Both the position numbers and the translations under genes were made by a program. Below, one piece after another: positions 39,947-50,100 of a stretch of DNA of 64,000 nt; within the stretch, counting starts at the first letter, position 1; the number at the start of each line of letters is the position of its first letter. Under the pieces are notes generated by a model. That model worked only from the letters and a program-made list of their open reading frames with translations. It was not told where the DNA came from and searched no databases. This stretch comes from Candidatus Xenobia bacterium (lineage in GTDB: Bacteria; Vulcanimicrobiota; Xenobia; Xenobiales; QWHO01): NCBI GenBank assembly GCA_045863235.1, contig BTUM01000036.1, positions 9,711 to 73,710 on the forward strand, given 5' to 3'.

Positions 39947-42640
39947 TCATTCAGGCTGAATTCGCACCGGACAGACCTTCAGCTCGGCCGTCTGGGTGAT
40001 CGGGTCGTAGCCCGAGCCGGTCAGGACGTTGATGGGCACGTTGGCGAAGCTGAAGCTGGCGAACACCGTGCCCCGCTGCGAGCGGTCGCTGGAGCGGGCC
40101 CGGACCCGCACCGAGCCGCGGGCGCTGGAAACGGTGCACCAGGCACCTTCGGCCAGACCCCAGTCGCGGGCATCCTCGGGATGCACCTCCAGGTATTCCT
40201 CGGGCAGCAGATACTCGATCCCCTGCGAGCGTCCCGTCTGGGTGCGGGTGTGATAGGCCTCCAGCCGGCGGCCGGTGGTCAGCCAGACCGGAAACTCCGG
40301 GCTGATGGTCTCGGCCGGGTCGCGGTAGCCCATCAGGGTGAACTTGCCTCGACCGTTGAGAAAGCCATCCTCGTGCAACCGAGGGGTGCCGGGATGCTCC
40401 CGGTTGGGCACGGGCCACTGGAATGAGCCTTCCTCCAGCCTCTCCCAGTCGAGCCCCTGATAGATGGGCGAGAGCGAGCACAGCTCGTTGAAGACCTCGC
40501 GGGGGTGCTGGTAGACAAAGCCGGGAAAACCCAGGCGGGTGGCCAGTTGGCTGATGATCCACCAGTCCGGCCGGGCCTGCCCCGGAGGGGGCACCACCTG
40601 GCGCAGGCGCTGCACGCGACGCTCGGTGTTGGTGCACACCCCATCGGTCTCTCCCCAGGAGGTGGCCGGGAAGACCACATCGGCCAGAGCCGCGGTCTCG
40701 GTCAGGAAGATGTCGGCCACCACCAGGAAATCGAGGCTCCTCAGCGCCTTCTCGCCGTGATGGCGATCAGGGTCGGAGATCAGAGTGTTCTCGCCGTCGA
40801 TGAACATGGCCCGGATCTTGTCGCCGCAGGCGTCCAGCGCGCTCACCTTGGTGATCCCGCGCTCGAGGTCAACCTCTCGGCCGTAAGCCTGAAGAAACTT
40901 GGCCTGGTGGGCCGGGTCAGTGACGGCCTGGAATCCAGGGTAGTTGTTGGGGATTGCGCCCGCGTCGCCGGCCCCCTGGATGTTGTTCTGGCCGCGCATG
41001 GGGTTGATGCCGGTGCCCTCCCGGCCCAGGTTGCCGGTCATCAGGGCCAGGTTGCACAGGGCCTGGACGTTGTCCACCCCGCAGATGTGCTCGGTGATGC
41101 CCAGCGTGTAGTAGATGGCGCCCCGCTCGGCCCGGCCGTAGAGCAGCGCGGCCCGCTCGATGTCAGCGGCCGGAACCTGACAGATTGCAGCGGCCCACTC
41201 GGGCGTGAACTGCTTGACGTGCTCGCGGAAGTCTTCCCAACCCACCGTGCGCTCGGCGATGAACGTCTCGTCCACCAGGCCCTCGCGCGCGATCACGTGG
41301 GCCATGGCCAGTAGCAGGGCCGCATCCGATCCCACCCGGATGGGCAGGTAAAGGTCGGCCAGCTCGGCCAGCCGGATGCGCCGCGGGTCAGCGTTGATCA
41401 AAGTGGCCCCGCGGGCCAGCGCGCGCTTGATTCGGGTAGCCGCCACCGGATGGCACTCGGTCATGTTCGTGCCGATCGTGAAGATCACATCGGGCTTGTC
41501 CATATCCGCGAGCGGGTTGGACATCGCGCCCCGTCCGATGGTGGCTGCCAGACCGGCAACCGTGGGAGCGTGTCAAGCTCGGCTACAGTTGTCGATGTAG
41601 TTCGTGCCCAGTCCGGCGCGCACGAACTTCCCCATCAGATAGCAAGCCTCGCTGGGGGTTCGCCCGGAGGCCACGCAGTAGACGCTGTGGCGGCCGTGCT
41701 CCTCGATCACTTGGCCCAGTCCCCGAGCAGCCCGGTCCAGGGCCTCATCCCATGTCGCCTCGCGCAGCTGCCCATCCTCGCCACGCACCAGCGGGCTCTT
41801 GAGGCGATCGGGGTGGTGGACGAAGTCAAAGGCGAACTGGCCCTTGATGCAGAGAGCTCCCTCGTTGGCCGGGCCGTCCATGGCAGGGTGCACACCCACG
41901 ATGCGGTCGCCCCGAGACAGCACGTCCAGCGAGCAACCCACGCCGCAATAAGCACAGGTGGTGCGGGTCTTCCTGGTCTCCCCGGGAATCTTCGCATTGG
42001 CCAGAGCTTTGCGGTCGGCCAGGGCTCCGGTCGGACATGTCTGCACGCACTGGCCGCAGAAAGTGCACTGCGAATCCTTCAGCTTGCCCTCGAACTCGGT
42101 GGTGATGCGGGTCTCAAAGCCGCGGTTCATGATGGAGATGGCGTAATCGCCCTCCTGCTCGGCACACACCCGCACGCATCGATAGCACGAGATGCACAGG
42201 TCATAGTCGCGCAGGATGAAGGGATTGTCGTCGGGATGGCTCTTTCCGGAAGTGCGCCCCTTGAAGCGCCCGGTGCGTGCGCCGTAACGGTCCACCAGCT
42301 CCTTGAGCTGTTGGGAGGCATAGCCGCGCAACGGGTCCACCTCCAGCTCGCGATTCTCCGAAGCCACCATCTCGAGCAGGTTCCGGCGGAGCCGATCCAG
42401 CGACTCGGTATCGGTGCGCACCACCATACCGGGGGTGGCCTTCATGGTGCAGGAGGCCACCGGGGCTTTGGTGCCCTCCAGCTCGACGGCGCACAGGCGG
42501 CAGCCGCCGAACGGCTCCAGGCGGGGGTCGTAGCAGAGTGTGGGGATGGATTTGCCGTGCCGGCTGGCCAGCTCGTACAGGGTCTCGCCGGGGGTGAACT
42601 CCACCAACTGGCCGTCCAGGGTCAGCTTGTTCTCGGTCAT
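39947..42640 (-). CDS. fdhF: Formate dehydrogenase alpha subunit, selenocysteine-containing (UGA at 41573-41575), 897 aa
   Basis: The two track ORFs are one frame joined by DNCSRA-TGA-HAPTVAGL; NuoG-like FeS N-terminus, CAYCGVGC, RGQNNIQG. Confidence 0.93.
41543..41575 (-). promoter_or_regulatory. Bacterial SECIS element
   Basis: TGA CACGCTCCCAC GGTTGCC-GGTCT-GGCAGCC: hairpin 11 nt after UGA with a GU-containing loop, like the E. coli fdhF SECIS. Confidence 0.88.
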
Positions 42641-44244
42641 GCGTTCCTCCCGACGTGGGCCGCCACATCCTCGGGGAAATAGCGGTTGAGGCTCTCGGTC
42701 ACCAGGGGGGCGGCCATGCCCAGCCCGCAGGCGCTGAGGGCCTTCATGGTGTGTCCCAGATCCTCGACTTCTTCCACCCAGCGCTCTCTCTCCCCTGGCC
42801 CGGCCTGGCCCGAAAGGCGCTCGACCAGCCGTTGGGTGCCGATGCGACAGGGGAAGCACTTGCCGCAGGACTCATGGGCGAAGAACTCCATGGCCGTGCG
42901 GGCCGCCTCCACCATGTCGCGTCCGTCGTGATAGACGATGATCCCACCCGCCCCCAGGAAGCTTCCCCGGGCACGGATGGAGGGCTCGTCCAGGGTGACC
43001 TCCAGGTCGGCGCCACCCAGGAAGCCTCCCGAGATGCCGGCCATGGTGACGGCCCGGATGGCGCGCCCCTCGGTCGCGCCGCCGGCCCAATCCTCGAGCA
43101 AGGTGCGCAGGGGCAAGCCGAGCGGCGCCTCGTAATTGCCGGGTCGCTGGATGTCGCCCGAAAGGCTGATGAGCTTGGTGCCGGCCTGCCCGTTGCGCCC
43201 CAGCGAGCGGTACCAGGCCGGTCCGTGACGCAGGATGGGGGGCACCGAGGCCAGCGTCTCGACATTGTTGACGGCCGTGGGCAGGTTCTCAAAACCGTGG
43301 GTGACCGGGAAGGGGGGACGGTAGCGAGGAAAGGGGTGGCGGCCTTCCAGGCTGTTGAGCAGGGCGCCCTCCTCCCCGCAGATGTAGGCGCCGGCCCCGC
43401 GGCGCAGGTAGATCTCGCAGGTGCCCAGCAGGCCGGCGGCGCGGGCCTCCTCCAGGGCACGCTCGAGGATCCTCAGCGTGTGGGGATACTCGTAGCGCAG
43501 GTAGAGAAAGGCCCGGCTGGCCCCGGTAGCGTGGGCGGCGATCAGCATCCCCTCGAGCACGGCATGGGGGTCGTGATCGAGCAAGGCCCGGTCCTTGAAG
43601 CATCCAGGCTCGCCCTCGTCGGCATTGCAAACGATGGTCTTGGGGTGGCCCTCGGCCTGAGCCACCAGCTTCCACTTGGTGCCGGTGGGAAAGCCAGCCC
43701 CGCCGCGGCCCGCCAGCCCGCTCTCGGCCACCAGGTCCAGCACCTGCTGCCCGGACATGCCAAGGGCCTTCTCCAGGGCCTCGTAGCGATAACCGGCCAG
43801 AGTGGAGCGGCCCGGCTCGCGGATGTGGGCAAAGACGCACTCCTCGCAGCCGCCCGGATTGGGGACGGGCAGCGGCGAGAGAAGGGGCTGGCCGTGCGGG
43901 TCCAGCACCTGGTCGCCCGTGAGCACCGGAACGGGCTGATCGCAGCGCCCGGCGCAGGGCATTTCGGTAGCCCCGAGCTTTTGCACCAGGTCGAGGGCGC
44001 CGTGCTGGCAGCAGACCGGCCCGGTGCACACCCGGGGGGCGGTTTTGCCGCCGGGCTTTCTGGCAAAGTGGTGGTAGAAGGTGACCGTGCCGAACAGATC
44101 GGCCAGCGGGATGCGCAGGCCCCTGGAGACCTCGCGCAGGGCGTCGTCAGAGAGATAGCCGTCGCGGTCATGCAGGGCGTGCAGCACGGCCAGTAGCGGG
44201 GCCGGCTGGCGACGATAAAGCTCGATCAGCTCACGGGTTTCCAC
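42637..44244 (-). CDS. Fused NuoE-NuoF-like diaphorase subunit of NAD-dependent FDH
   Basis: GTVTFYHHF, CTGPVC..CAGRC; GRGGAGFP, NADEGEPG, GAYICGEE, SCGKCFPCRIG, CGLG. Confidence 0.92.
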   Translation of the reverse strand: METRELIELYRRQPAPLLAVLHALHDRDGYLSDDALREVSRGLRIPLADLFGTVTFYHHFARKPGGKTAPRVCTGPVCCQHGALDLVQKLGATEMPCAGRCDQPVPVLTGDQVLDPHGQPLLSPLPVPNPGGCEECVFAHIREPGRSTLAGYRYEALEKALGMSGQQVLDLVAESGLAGRGGAGFPTGTKWKLVAQAEGHPKTIVCNADEGEPGCFKDRALLDHDPHAVLEGMLIAAHATGASRAFLYLRYEYPHTLRILERALEEARAAGLLGTCEIYLRRGAGAYICGEEGALLNSLEGRHPFPRYRPPFPVTHGFENLPTAVNNVETLASVPPILRHGPAWYRSLGRNGQAGTKLISLSGDIQRPGNYEAPLGLPLRTLLEDWAGGATEGRAIRAVTMAGISGGFLGGADLEVTLDEPSIRARGSFLGAGGIIVYHDGRDMVEAARTAMEFFAHESCGKCFPCRIGTQRLVERLSGQAGPGERERWVEEVEDLGHTMKALSACGLGMAAPLVTESLNRYFPEDVAAHVGRNA

Positions 44245-44382
44245 GGGGCGGGCTGTTCGTCAGGCTGAGCCATCTTCCTCGGACAGGTTCTGCCTTCTCG
44301 TTGATCAACCAGCAAGAGACAACCACAGAAATCCGCCGACTGGATAAGGGGTCGTTTGCTTTCGCCAGCAATTTCCAGGGAT

Positions 44383-44411
44383 TTGACAGGGTGGCTTCCG
44401 GAAGCTACCAT
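44383..44411 (+). promoter_or_regulatory. Sigma70 promoter with overlapping palindromic operator for the TA pair
   Basis: TTGACA-17-TACCAT; inverted repeat GGTGGCTTCC/GGAAGCTACC in the spacer; ATG 6 nt after -10. Confidence 0.8.
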
Positions 44412-44417
44412 GCCTCC

Positions 44418-44708
44418 ATGAGGTCCGTAGGGCTCAAAGTGCTCAAGAATCGCCTGGCCGAGTACGTCCGCTTGGCGGCCAGTGGAGAAACGGTGCTGGT
44501 GACCGACCGTGACCAGGTGGTGGCCGAGCTGGTCCCTCCGAGACCAGGCCGAAGCCCTCTGCTGGCCGACGCTTTGCTGGCAGACGCGGTGCGCAAGGGC
44601 TTGATCGTCCCTCCGGCCATCGTGTCGAAGGAGCCTCCAACGGGCTATCCCGTCGCCAGGCTCGAAACCCTTCTCGATGAGCTGGCGGGCGACCGCGGAG
44701 AGCGTTGA
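44418..44708 (+). CDS. Phd/YefM-family antitoxin
   Basis: MRSVGLKVLKNRLAEYVRLAASGETVLVTDRDQVVAELVP. Confidence 0.88.
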   Translation: MRSVGLKVLKNRLAEYVRLAASGETVLVTDRDQVVAELVPPRPGRSPLLADALLADAVRKGLIVPPAIVSKEPPTGYPVARLETLLDELAGDRGER

Positions 44709-45094
44709 TTTACCTCGATACCTCGGTGGTGCTCGCTCAGCTTCTGGTCGAGGACCGGCGACCTCCTGAGGTCCTCTGGGGAGACTCCTTGATAGCCAGC
44801 CGGCTTCTGGAGTACGAGACCTGGACGCGTCTGAACGCGCGCGGACTGGCCGAAACACACGGAGAGGCCGCGACCGAGCTTCTTGCTCGAGTAGCGATGG
44901 TCGAGATGCTTCCCCCGGTCCTGAGTCGAGCCCTGGAAGCCTTTCCCACGGAAGTGCGAACTTTGGATGCCCTTCACCTGGCCACCATCCAATTCCTGAT
45001 TGGTGCTCGCCAGAACGTCTCCCTGGCGACCTACGACGAGAAGATGCTAAGAGCAGCTCGCGCGCTCGGATTTCCTGTCTTCGACCTGCCTTAA
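44705..45094 (+). CDS. vapC: PIN-domain (VapC) toxin
   Basis: IYLDTSVV, RTLDALHLAT, TYDEKM; overlaps the antitoxin stop. Confidence 0.9.
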   Translation: MIYLDTSVVLAQLLVEDRRPPEVLWGDSLIASRLLEYETWTRLNARGLAETHGEAATELLARVAMVEMLPPVLSRALEAFPTEVRTLDALHLATIQFLIGARQNVSLATYDEKMLRAARALGFPVFDLP

Positions 45095-45102
45095 GCCCTG
45101 GG

Positions 45103-47103
45103 TCAGCTATCTTCCTCGGGAGCGGCCAGCCCGCCCAGGATCACCCCCAGGTCGGCCCCGGCCGGCTCCAGCTTGTAGTCGCGGCTTTCCTCGGCCCAGT
45201 CGAAGGGTCGCAGGCGGCGCACCAGCTCCTCCACCAGCCAGGTCCGAGGAAGCTCGCCGGCCCAGTGACCCAGGGCCAGCTCACGCGCCAGCGCAAGGCA
45301 ACGCCGGCGCAGGATGGACTCGAGCTGATCCGAGTCCAGCGGGAAGGGCGCCTCCTCGCGCTCGTCCATCCAGAGCACGAAGCCGTTGGCCCCTCCCCTC
45401 CCCCGCAACAGCTCGTTGAGCAGGCTGCCTCGGGCCGAGCCCAGGAAGTGGCCCACGATCATCCGTCGCCCCTGCACGCAGTAAGGCTTTCCGGTCAGCT
45501 CCAGGTAGCGTGCAAAATCAGCCGCCAGCAGGTCGGAAACCGGGGCGCTGCGGCCCCGGAAGGGCTCGGCCGGAGTCGCCTCGCCGCGGCCGGCCCAGAC
45601 CTCGCGGCCCCCCGAGTCCGAGCTCAATTCGCGGGTCACCCCGCCCAGCGAGACCCGCTCGGGCAGCGAGCCGTCAGCCCGGCGGGTCACGTGGCCCACC
45701 ACCCGCCCCGATTGCCTGTCGATGACGGCCACCTCACGCCCGCTCTCGCCGCTGAAATTGTGGTGGATCTTGCCCAGCTCGAAGAGGCGCTCGAGCCGCT
45801 TCGCCGGTCGATAACGCTCGCCGCTGCGCTCGAAATACTGGCGCTCGGTCAGGCGGTCGAGCAGCTCGGTGCAACGTTCCAGGCTGTAGCGCCGGGCCAC
45901 ATCCTCGGGCAGGCGGGCGAAGAGGGCCTCGGCGGTCACGAATCGGTTGGGATTCTGGTAGGTCAAAGAAAAGGCTTGCTGCACCAGCACCGCCGGGCTG
46001 AAGGGCACCTGGGGTGCCAGCAAGCGTCCCATGCGGGCGCACTCGAGCAGGTGCTCCAGGCGCTCCTTGCGGCCAGGACCCTCGTACAGGGCCAGCACCC
46101 GGGTCTCGCCGGTGCGGCGGTTGCCGCGACCGATGCGCTGGAGGACCCCGGCCACCTCAGCCGGAGGCGCGGCCAGCACCACCAGGTCCACATCCCCGAT
46201 GTCGATGCCCAGCTCCAGCGTCGTGGTGGCCAGGCACAGGGCCGTGGGAGCTTTGAGAAAGGCCTTCTCGACCCGCTCGCGCTCTTGTCGCGACAGGCTG
46301 CCGTGGTGCACCAGCACGTGGTTGCGAAAGGGCGCCTGGCCGCGCAGGTCGGCCCCGAGCTGCTCGGCCTCACGGCGGCTGCCGGTGAAGAGCAGCACCT
46401 TGCGCCCGCCCGCCTGCAAGAGGGCCTTTCGCACGTCCTCGGTGCTCTCCATCAAGGCCAGCGTGGCCTGCAGCTTGCGCTGGCCAGGTACTTTGACCAC
46501 CACCGCGCCCTCGCCCAGATAGCGCCGGGCCACCTCCTCGGGATGGCCCAGCGTGGCCGTGGCCGCCACCCGCTGCAGGGCAGGGCCACCCAGGGCCGTC
46601 ACTACGCGCTCGAGTCGGCCCAGGAGGATCCGGAGCTGATCGCCGCGGGGGGTGCCTTCCAGCACGTGCAGCTCGTCCAGCACCACCGCCCGCACCTCCT
46701 TGAGCCAGCGAGGATGGCGAGCCAGGATGGAGTCCAGCGATTCGGGAGTGGTCAGCAGCACCCCGGCCGGATCCTCCTCCAGGCTCTTGGGATGGTCGCC
46801 CGTGCGCCGCTGCAGACGAACCTGCACCTTGCCCAGGGGCACCTCCAGGCGGCGAGCCAGGTCGTTGACCAGCGCTCGAGTGGGACTGACGATCAGTATC
46901 CGCAGCAGGGACCTCTTCATGTCGTCGAGGTGGCGCTCGACCAGGGGTGCGGCATAGGCCTCGGTCTTGCCAGTGGCGGTGGGCGCAGAGAGCAGCACGT
47001 GGCGGCCGGCCGCAATGGGGGCGATGCCCTGCTCCTGTACGGGGGTGAGCCGTGGATGGCGGGCCAGGAAGGCGTAGTGGGTGCGTGGGAGGTGATCCCT
47101 CAT
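45103..47103 (-). CDS. Lhr-like SF2 DEAD/DEAH helicase
   Basis: APTATGKT, PTRALVND, TTPESL, DELH, HHGSL, LELGIDIG, QRIGR. Confidence 0.9.
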   Translation of the reverse strand: MRDHLPRTHYAFLARHPRLTPVQEQGIAPIAAGRHVLLSAPTATGKTEAYAAPLVERHLDDMKRSLLRILIVSPTRALVNDLARRLEVPLGKVQVRLQRRTGDHPKSLEEDPAGVLLTTPESLDSILARHPRWLKEVRAVVLDELHVLEGTPRGDQLRILLGRLERVVTALGGPALQRVAATATLGHPEEVARRYLGEGAVVVKVPGQRKLQATLALMESTEDVRKALLQAGGRKVLLFTGSRREAEQLGADLRGQAPFRNHVLVHHGSLSRQERERVEKAFLKAPTALCLATTTLELGIDIGDVDLVVLAAPPAEVAGVLQRIGRGNRRTGETRVLALYEGPGRKERLEHLLECARMGRLLAPQVPFSPAVLVQQAFSLTYQNPNRFVTAEALFARLPEDVARRYSLERCTELLDRLTERQYFERSGERYRPAKRLERLFELGKIHHNFSGESGREVAVIDRQSGRVVGHVTRRADGSLPERVSLGGVTRELSSDSGGREVWAGRGEATPAEPFRGRSAPVSDLLAADFARYLELTGKPYCVQGRRMIVGHFLGSARGSLLNELLRGRGGANGFVLWMDEREEAPFPLDSDQLESILRRRCLALARELALGHWAGELPRTWLVEELVRRLRPFDWAEESRDYKLEPAGADLGVILGGLAAPEEDS

Positions 47104-47161
47104 GGCCCTTGCTTCGCCTGCCCGGGCAGGCGGCCCTGGCCAGCCCGCGAAGCAAATTCGG

Positions 47162-47575
47162 GTGACCGCCGAGGAGATCGAGACCCTGGTCGAGGCCTGG
47201 AGCCAGCAAACCCTGCCCTTTGCCGAGTGGACCCACCAGGCTCACCTGACGGTGGCCCTCTGGCACGTGCTGCGCTATCCTCCCGAAGAAGCGCTGGATC
47301 GAGTGCGGGCCGGAATTCAGGCCTATAACCTGTCGCAGGGGGTCAAGCAGACCCCCGAGGGGGGCTACCACGAGACGCTGACCCGGATCTGGATGGCCCT
47401 GGTGCAGGACTTCGTCAGCCGGTCCGGCCCAGGGCCGATCGAGAAGCTGGCTCCAGCCCTGTGGGCGGCTTGCCAGGACCAGAAGCTGGCTCTGCGCTTT
47501 TATACGCGGGAGCGGTTGCTGTCGTGGGAGGCCCGAACCACATTCCTCGAGCCCGATCTGCTTGCGCTGCCGTAG
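47162..47575 (+). CDS. Hypothetical protein (WTHxAHL...GYHETLT)
   Basis: Good codon usage; start probably GTG 47162; 3' half duplicated at 51498-51700. Confidence 0.7.
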   Translation: MTAEEIETLVEAWSQQTLPFAEWTHQAHLTVALWHVLRYPPEEALDRVRAGIQAYNLSQGVKQTPEGGYHETLTRIWMALVQDFVSRSGPGPIEKLAPALWAACQDQKLALRFYTRERLLSWEARTTFLEPDLLALP

Positions 47576-47578
47576 GGT
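47362..47578 (+). repeat. Direct repeat copy 1 (~215 bp, intact gene 3' end)
   Basis: Aligns by eye with 51498-51700. Confidence 0.92.
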
Positions 47579-47745
47579 CAGGCCGAAGTTCCCGGACTTG
47601 CGGTCGACCGGACTGAGGTTCTCCTCGCCCATATGGCAGGATTGCTTCCACACGCCATGTTCTCCCACGATGGCCAGCGGGCTCCATCCGCCGGCCTGGC
47701 GCGGCGACGCCCAGCTCGTCTGCGACTACGAGCTGATGGAAGTCC

Positions 47746-47852
47746 GCTAATGTGCTCGCACTTTGGTTTTGCACATTAGCACAATCTGACGAACGCGCCG
47801 GAGCTGCGTTCCAGCGCGTTGTAAAGTGCAAGACCAAAGGCCTTGCACTTTA
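47746..47852. repeat. Cluster of nested inverted repeats (4x GCAC(A/T)TTA)
   Basis: GCTAATGTGC/GCACATTAGC; AACGCGC/GCGCGTT; TAAAGTGCAAG/CTTGCACTTTA. Confidence 0.8.
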
Positions 47853-47865
47853 GAAGCGCGTTGCC

Positions 47866-48492
47866 TCAGGGCAATCCCAGGCTTGCTCTGGAGTGGACCA
47901 ACCAGCGTTCCAACAATAGCTCGGATTCTCCCTGATTGATCGCCTGAGCCAGATCGACGCAGTAGTTCGCGTAGGTCTGGGCCCAGAGCCTGCCAGGATG
48001 TTGAGAATACGCGGCCAGGAAGAGTCTCCGGGCATCCTCGACGAACTGCCTGGCCGGCTCGGGCTCCCCCAGCGCAGCGCTGAGGCACGCCTGACTCAGG
48101 TGCAGGTAGCCCGTGGGGGGGGACGCAACCAGCCCCATTCCCTCGAGCAGCCCACGCTTTGACGCGGACACTTCGAACCAGCCCGCCAGGTGTTGCGTGT
48201 ATGCAGCCGCCAGCCGAGAGAAAGAGTTCTCTTCATCCGACCAGCGCCCGGGCAGGGTGCCTCCAAAGTCCAGTGACCAACACTGCTGAGGGGAGCCCAG
48301 GAACAGGGCTCCATACGCTACCGTGAGCTCGCGGCGAATCCTGGTTTCAATGGTAACGGATACGAATTGTGCCACTTCGTCGACGATGCGATAGTGCAGT
48401 CCTTTGCACAAAGGCCCAAAACCCGTCTCGCGCAACAGCCCCCAGAGTGACTGGTCCAGCTTGCGATGCACCGAGGCCAGAGACAACTTCAT
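47866..48492 (-). CDS. Hypothetical protein (DUF4304-like, tentative)
   Basis: About 208 aa ORF with atypical codon usage; 'LLRETGF...YR...QFVSV' N-terminus. Confidence 0.55.
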   Translation of the reverse strand: MKLSLASVHRKLDQSLWGLLRETGFGPLCKGLHYRIVDEVAQFVSVTIETRIRRELTVAYGALFLGSPQQCWSLDFGGTLPGRWSDEENSFSRLAAAYTQHLAGWFEVSASKRGLLEGMGLVASPPTGYLHLSQACLSAALGEPEPARQFVEDARRLFLAAYSQHPGRLWAQTYANYCVDLAQAINQGESELLLERWLVHSRASLGLP

Positions 48493-48805
48493 GCTCCAGC
48501 CCACGTTAGGTACGATCTGTCGATCTCCCGCCCTCGGGAACCCATGCTTACTGGAAGGTACCTGCCCAAATCCACGAGGACGGGCCCACCGGGCGTGTCA
48601 TGAAGGCGAAGACCGAGATTCCGTGCGCGTGGGCTCCCAGCGCGCTCGTCGTTGTTCTCTGAGGTCCTGACGTGCACTCGCTCCCCTGCGGGGCCGCAAA
48701 CAGTTTGCCGGAAGTTCACGCCTGTAACAATCTGGAAACGCCCGGGCGCCGTTGGCGGGACGGCCATCCATTAATGTCGAGAGAGTTCGAATTCCGGAGG
48801 CACCC

Positions 48806-50044
48806 TTGGCAGAAGTCACTCAGACCAGCAAAATCAACTCTACCTCCCGGGCATCCTCGAGCGCACCCGGTCCCACAGCGGCCCCGTCGGCAGCCTCTCA
48901 GCGCACCTCTCGCGGCGATTCGCCGCCCCCCGCTCCTCCGGGTGCTCGGGGCGCTGGCTCGAGGGAGGTGGTCGACATCCAGCTCTCGGGGCCTGGAGAG
49001 AAGGCTGGCAGCTCACCGGTAAACTTCGCGGCCTGGCAGAGTGATGCGCAGCTCCAACTCGCGAAAGGAGAGTATCTGCGACTGGGCTCGGAGAACGAGC
49101 ACGTGACCACTCTCCAGAAGATGCTCCGGGAACGCGGGGCGACCGGTTTGGAAGTCGACGGCGTCATGGGGAAGTTGACGCACAAGGCAGTAGAGGATTT
49201 CCAGAGGCGCGAGGGGATCGAGGTCGACGGCATCGTCGGGCCTGAGACCATGGGCCGCCTGAACCGCAAGCCCGATGTCTCATCGACCAGCGGAGTCGAG
49301 CCGGTCAGCGCCGCTCAGGGTGCCCGGCCCTTGGGTGGCCCGAAGGCGCCCACCCGGGCGCCCGGAAAGCCTCCGGACTACTTTGCATTCGCTTCCGATA
49401 CCCTCTCTCCGCGGGCGGTCAGCAAGCTGGCCGAGCGCTACAAGGGAAACGTCATGATCGGCATCGACGTCAATTCCGACTACGCCGCCACCGAGAAGGC
49501 CGCGCGGGCCGGGGGAGCCCGCCTGCACGTCTACCTCGAAGGCCCTGGCGGCCCGACCAACAAGAGGATCGCCAGCGACGAGCTGGCCAGAATGAAGAAG
49601 GCCGCGGGCGACCAGGGGATCGATACCCGAAGGTCGGACTGGATGACCGAGTGGAACAGGCGAGGTTGGAAACCGCACACCCTCAAGCAGCTCAGGGAGT
49701 TCAAGCAGCGTGGCTACGAGTCGGCCGAGATCGACAACCTGTATCGCGGTCTGGGCAACAGTCCCGAGCGTCTGGTGGATTTCTACAAAGAGTATGCCGG
49801 GTGGTACAAGAACGGTGAGGTGCCCAAAGCGCTCCTCAAGAACATCAGTGCTCCTCAGATGGATGCGCTGGCGACGGCGATTCGCAACGGGCAGATTCCG
49901 CGAGAGATGTTCTCCGACTTCGCGATTTTCGAGACATCGGCCGGGAGCCCGGGCCGGTCCATGAAGATTGGCTCGGAGCTTGGAATTCGCACGCTCTTGA
50001 GTTACGATACCAATGACTACCGCGCTTCGGGCTCCTATCGATGA
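48806..50044 (+). CDS. Peptidoglycan-binding protein with C-terminal GH114-like TIM barrel
   Basis: GGAGG then TTG 48806; LRLGS..VTTLQ..VDGVMG..FQ..VDGIVGPET; GYESAEIDN, LKN, DFAIFE. Confidence 0.7.
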   Translation: MAEVTQTSKINSTSRASSSAPGPTAAPSAASQRTSRGDSPPPAPPGARGAGSREVVDIQLSGPGEKAGSSPVNFAAWQSDAQLQLAKGEYLRLGSENEHVTTLQKMLRERGATGLEVDGVMGKLTHKAVEDFQRREGIEVDGIVGPETMGRLNRKPDVSSTSGVEPVSAAQGARPLGGPKAPTRAPGKPPDYFAFASDTLSPRAVSKLAERYKGNVMIGIDVNSDYAATEKAARAGGARLHVYLEGPGGPTNKRIASDELARMKKAAGDQGIDTRRSDWMTEWNRRGWKPHTLKQLREFKQRGYESAEIDNLYRGLGNSPERLVDFYKEYAGWYKNGEVPKALLKNISAPQMDALATAIRNGQIPREMFSDFAIFETSAGSPGRSMKIGSELGIRTLLSYDTNDYRASGSYR

Positions 50045-50100
50045 GGCAGATCCGGTCGCGCTCGAGCCGTCCACCACGAACGATGGATCGGTCAGCAGAG

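Noticed and set aside
39947..42859. fdh as two genes or a nonsense pseudogene
   Set aside because: The TGA sits at the catalytic Sec position and is followed by a SECIS.
45103..47103. BREX/DISARM defence helicase
   Set aside because: No pglX, pglZ, brxC, brxD or drm genes nearby; treated as a stand-alone Lhr-type helicase.
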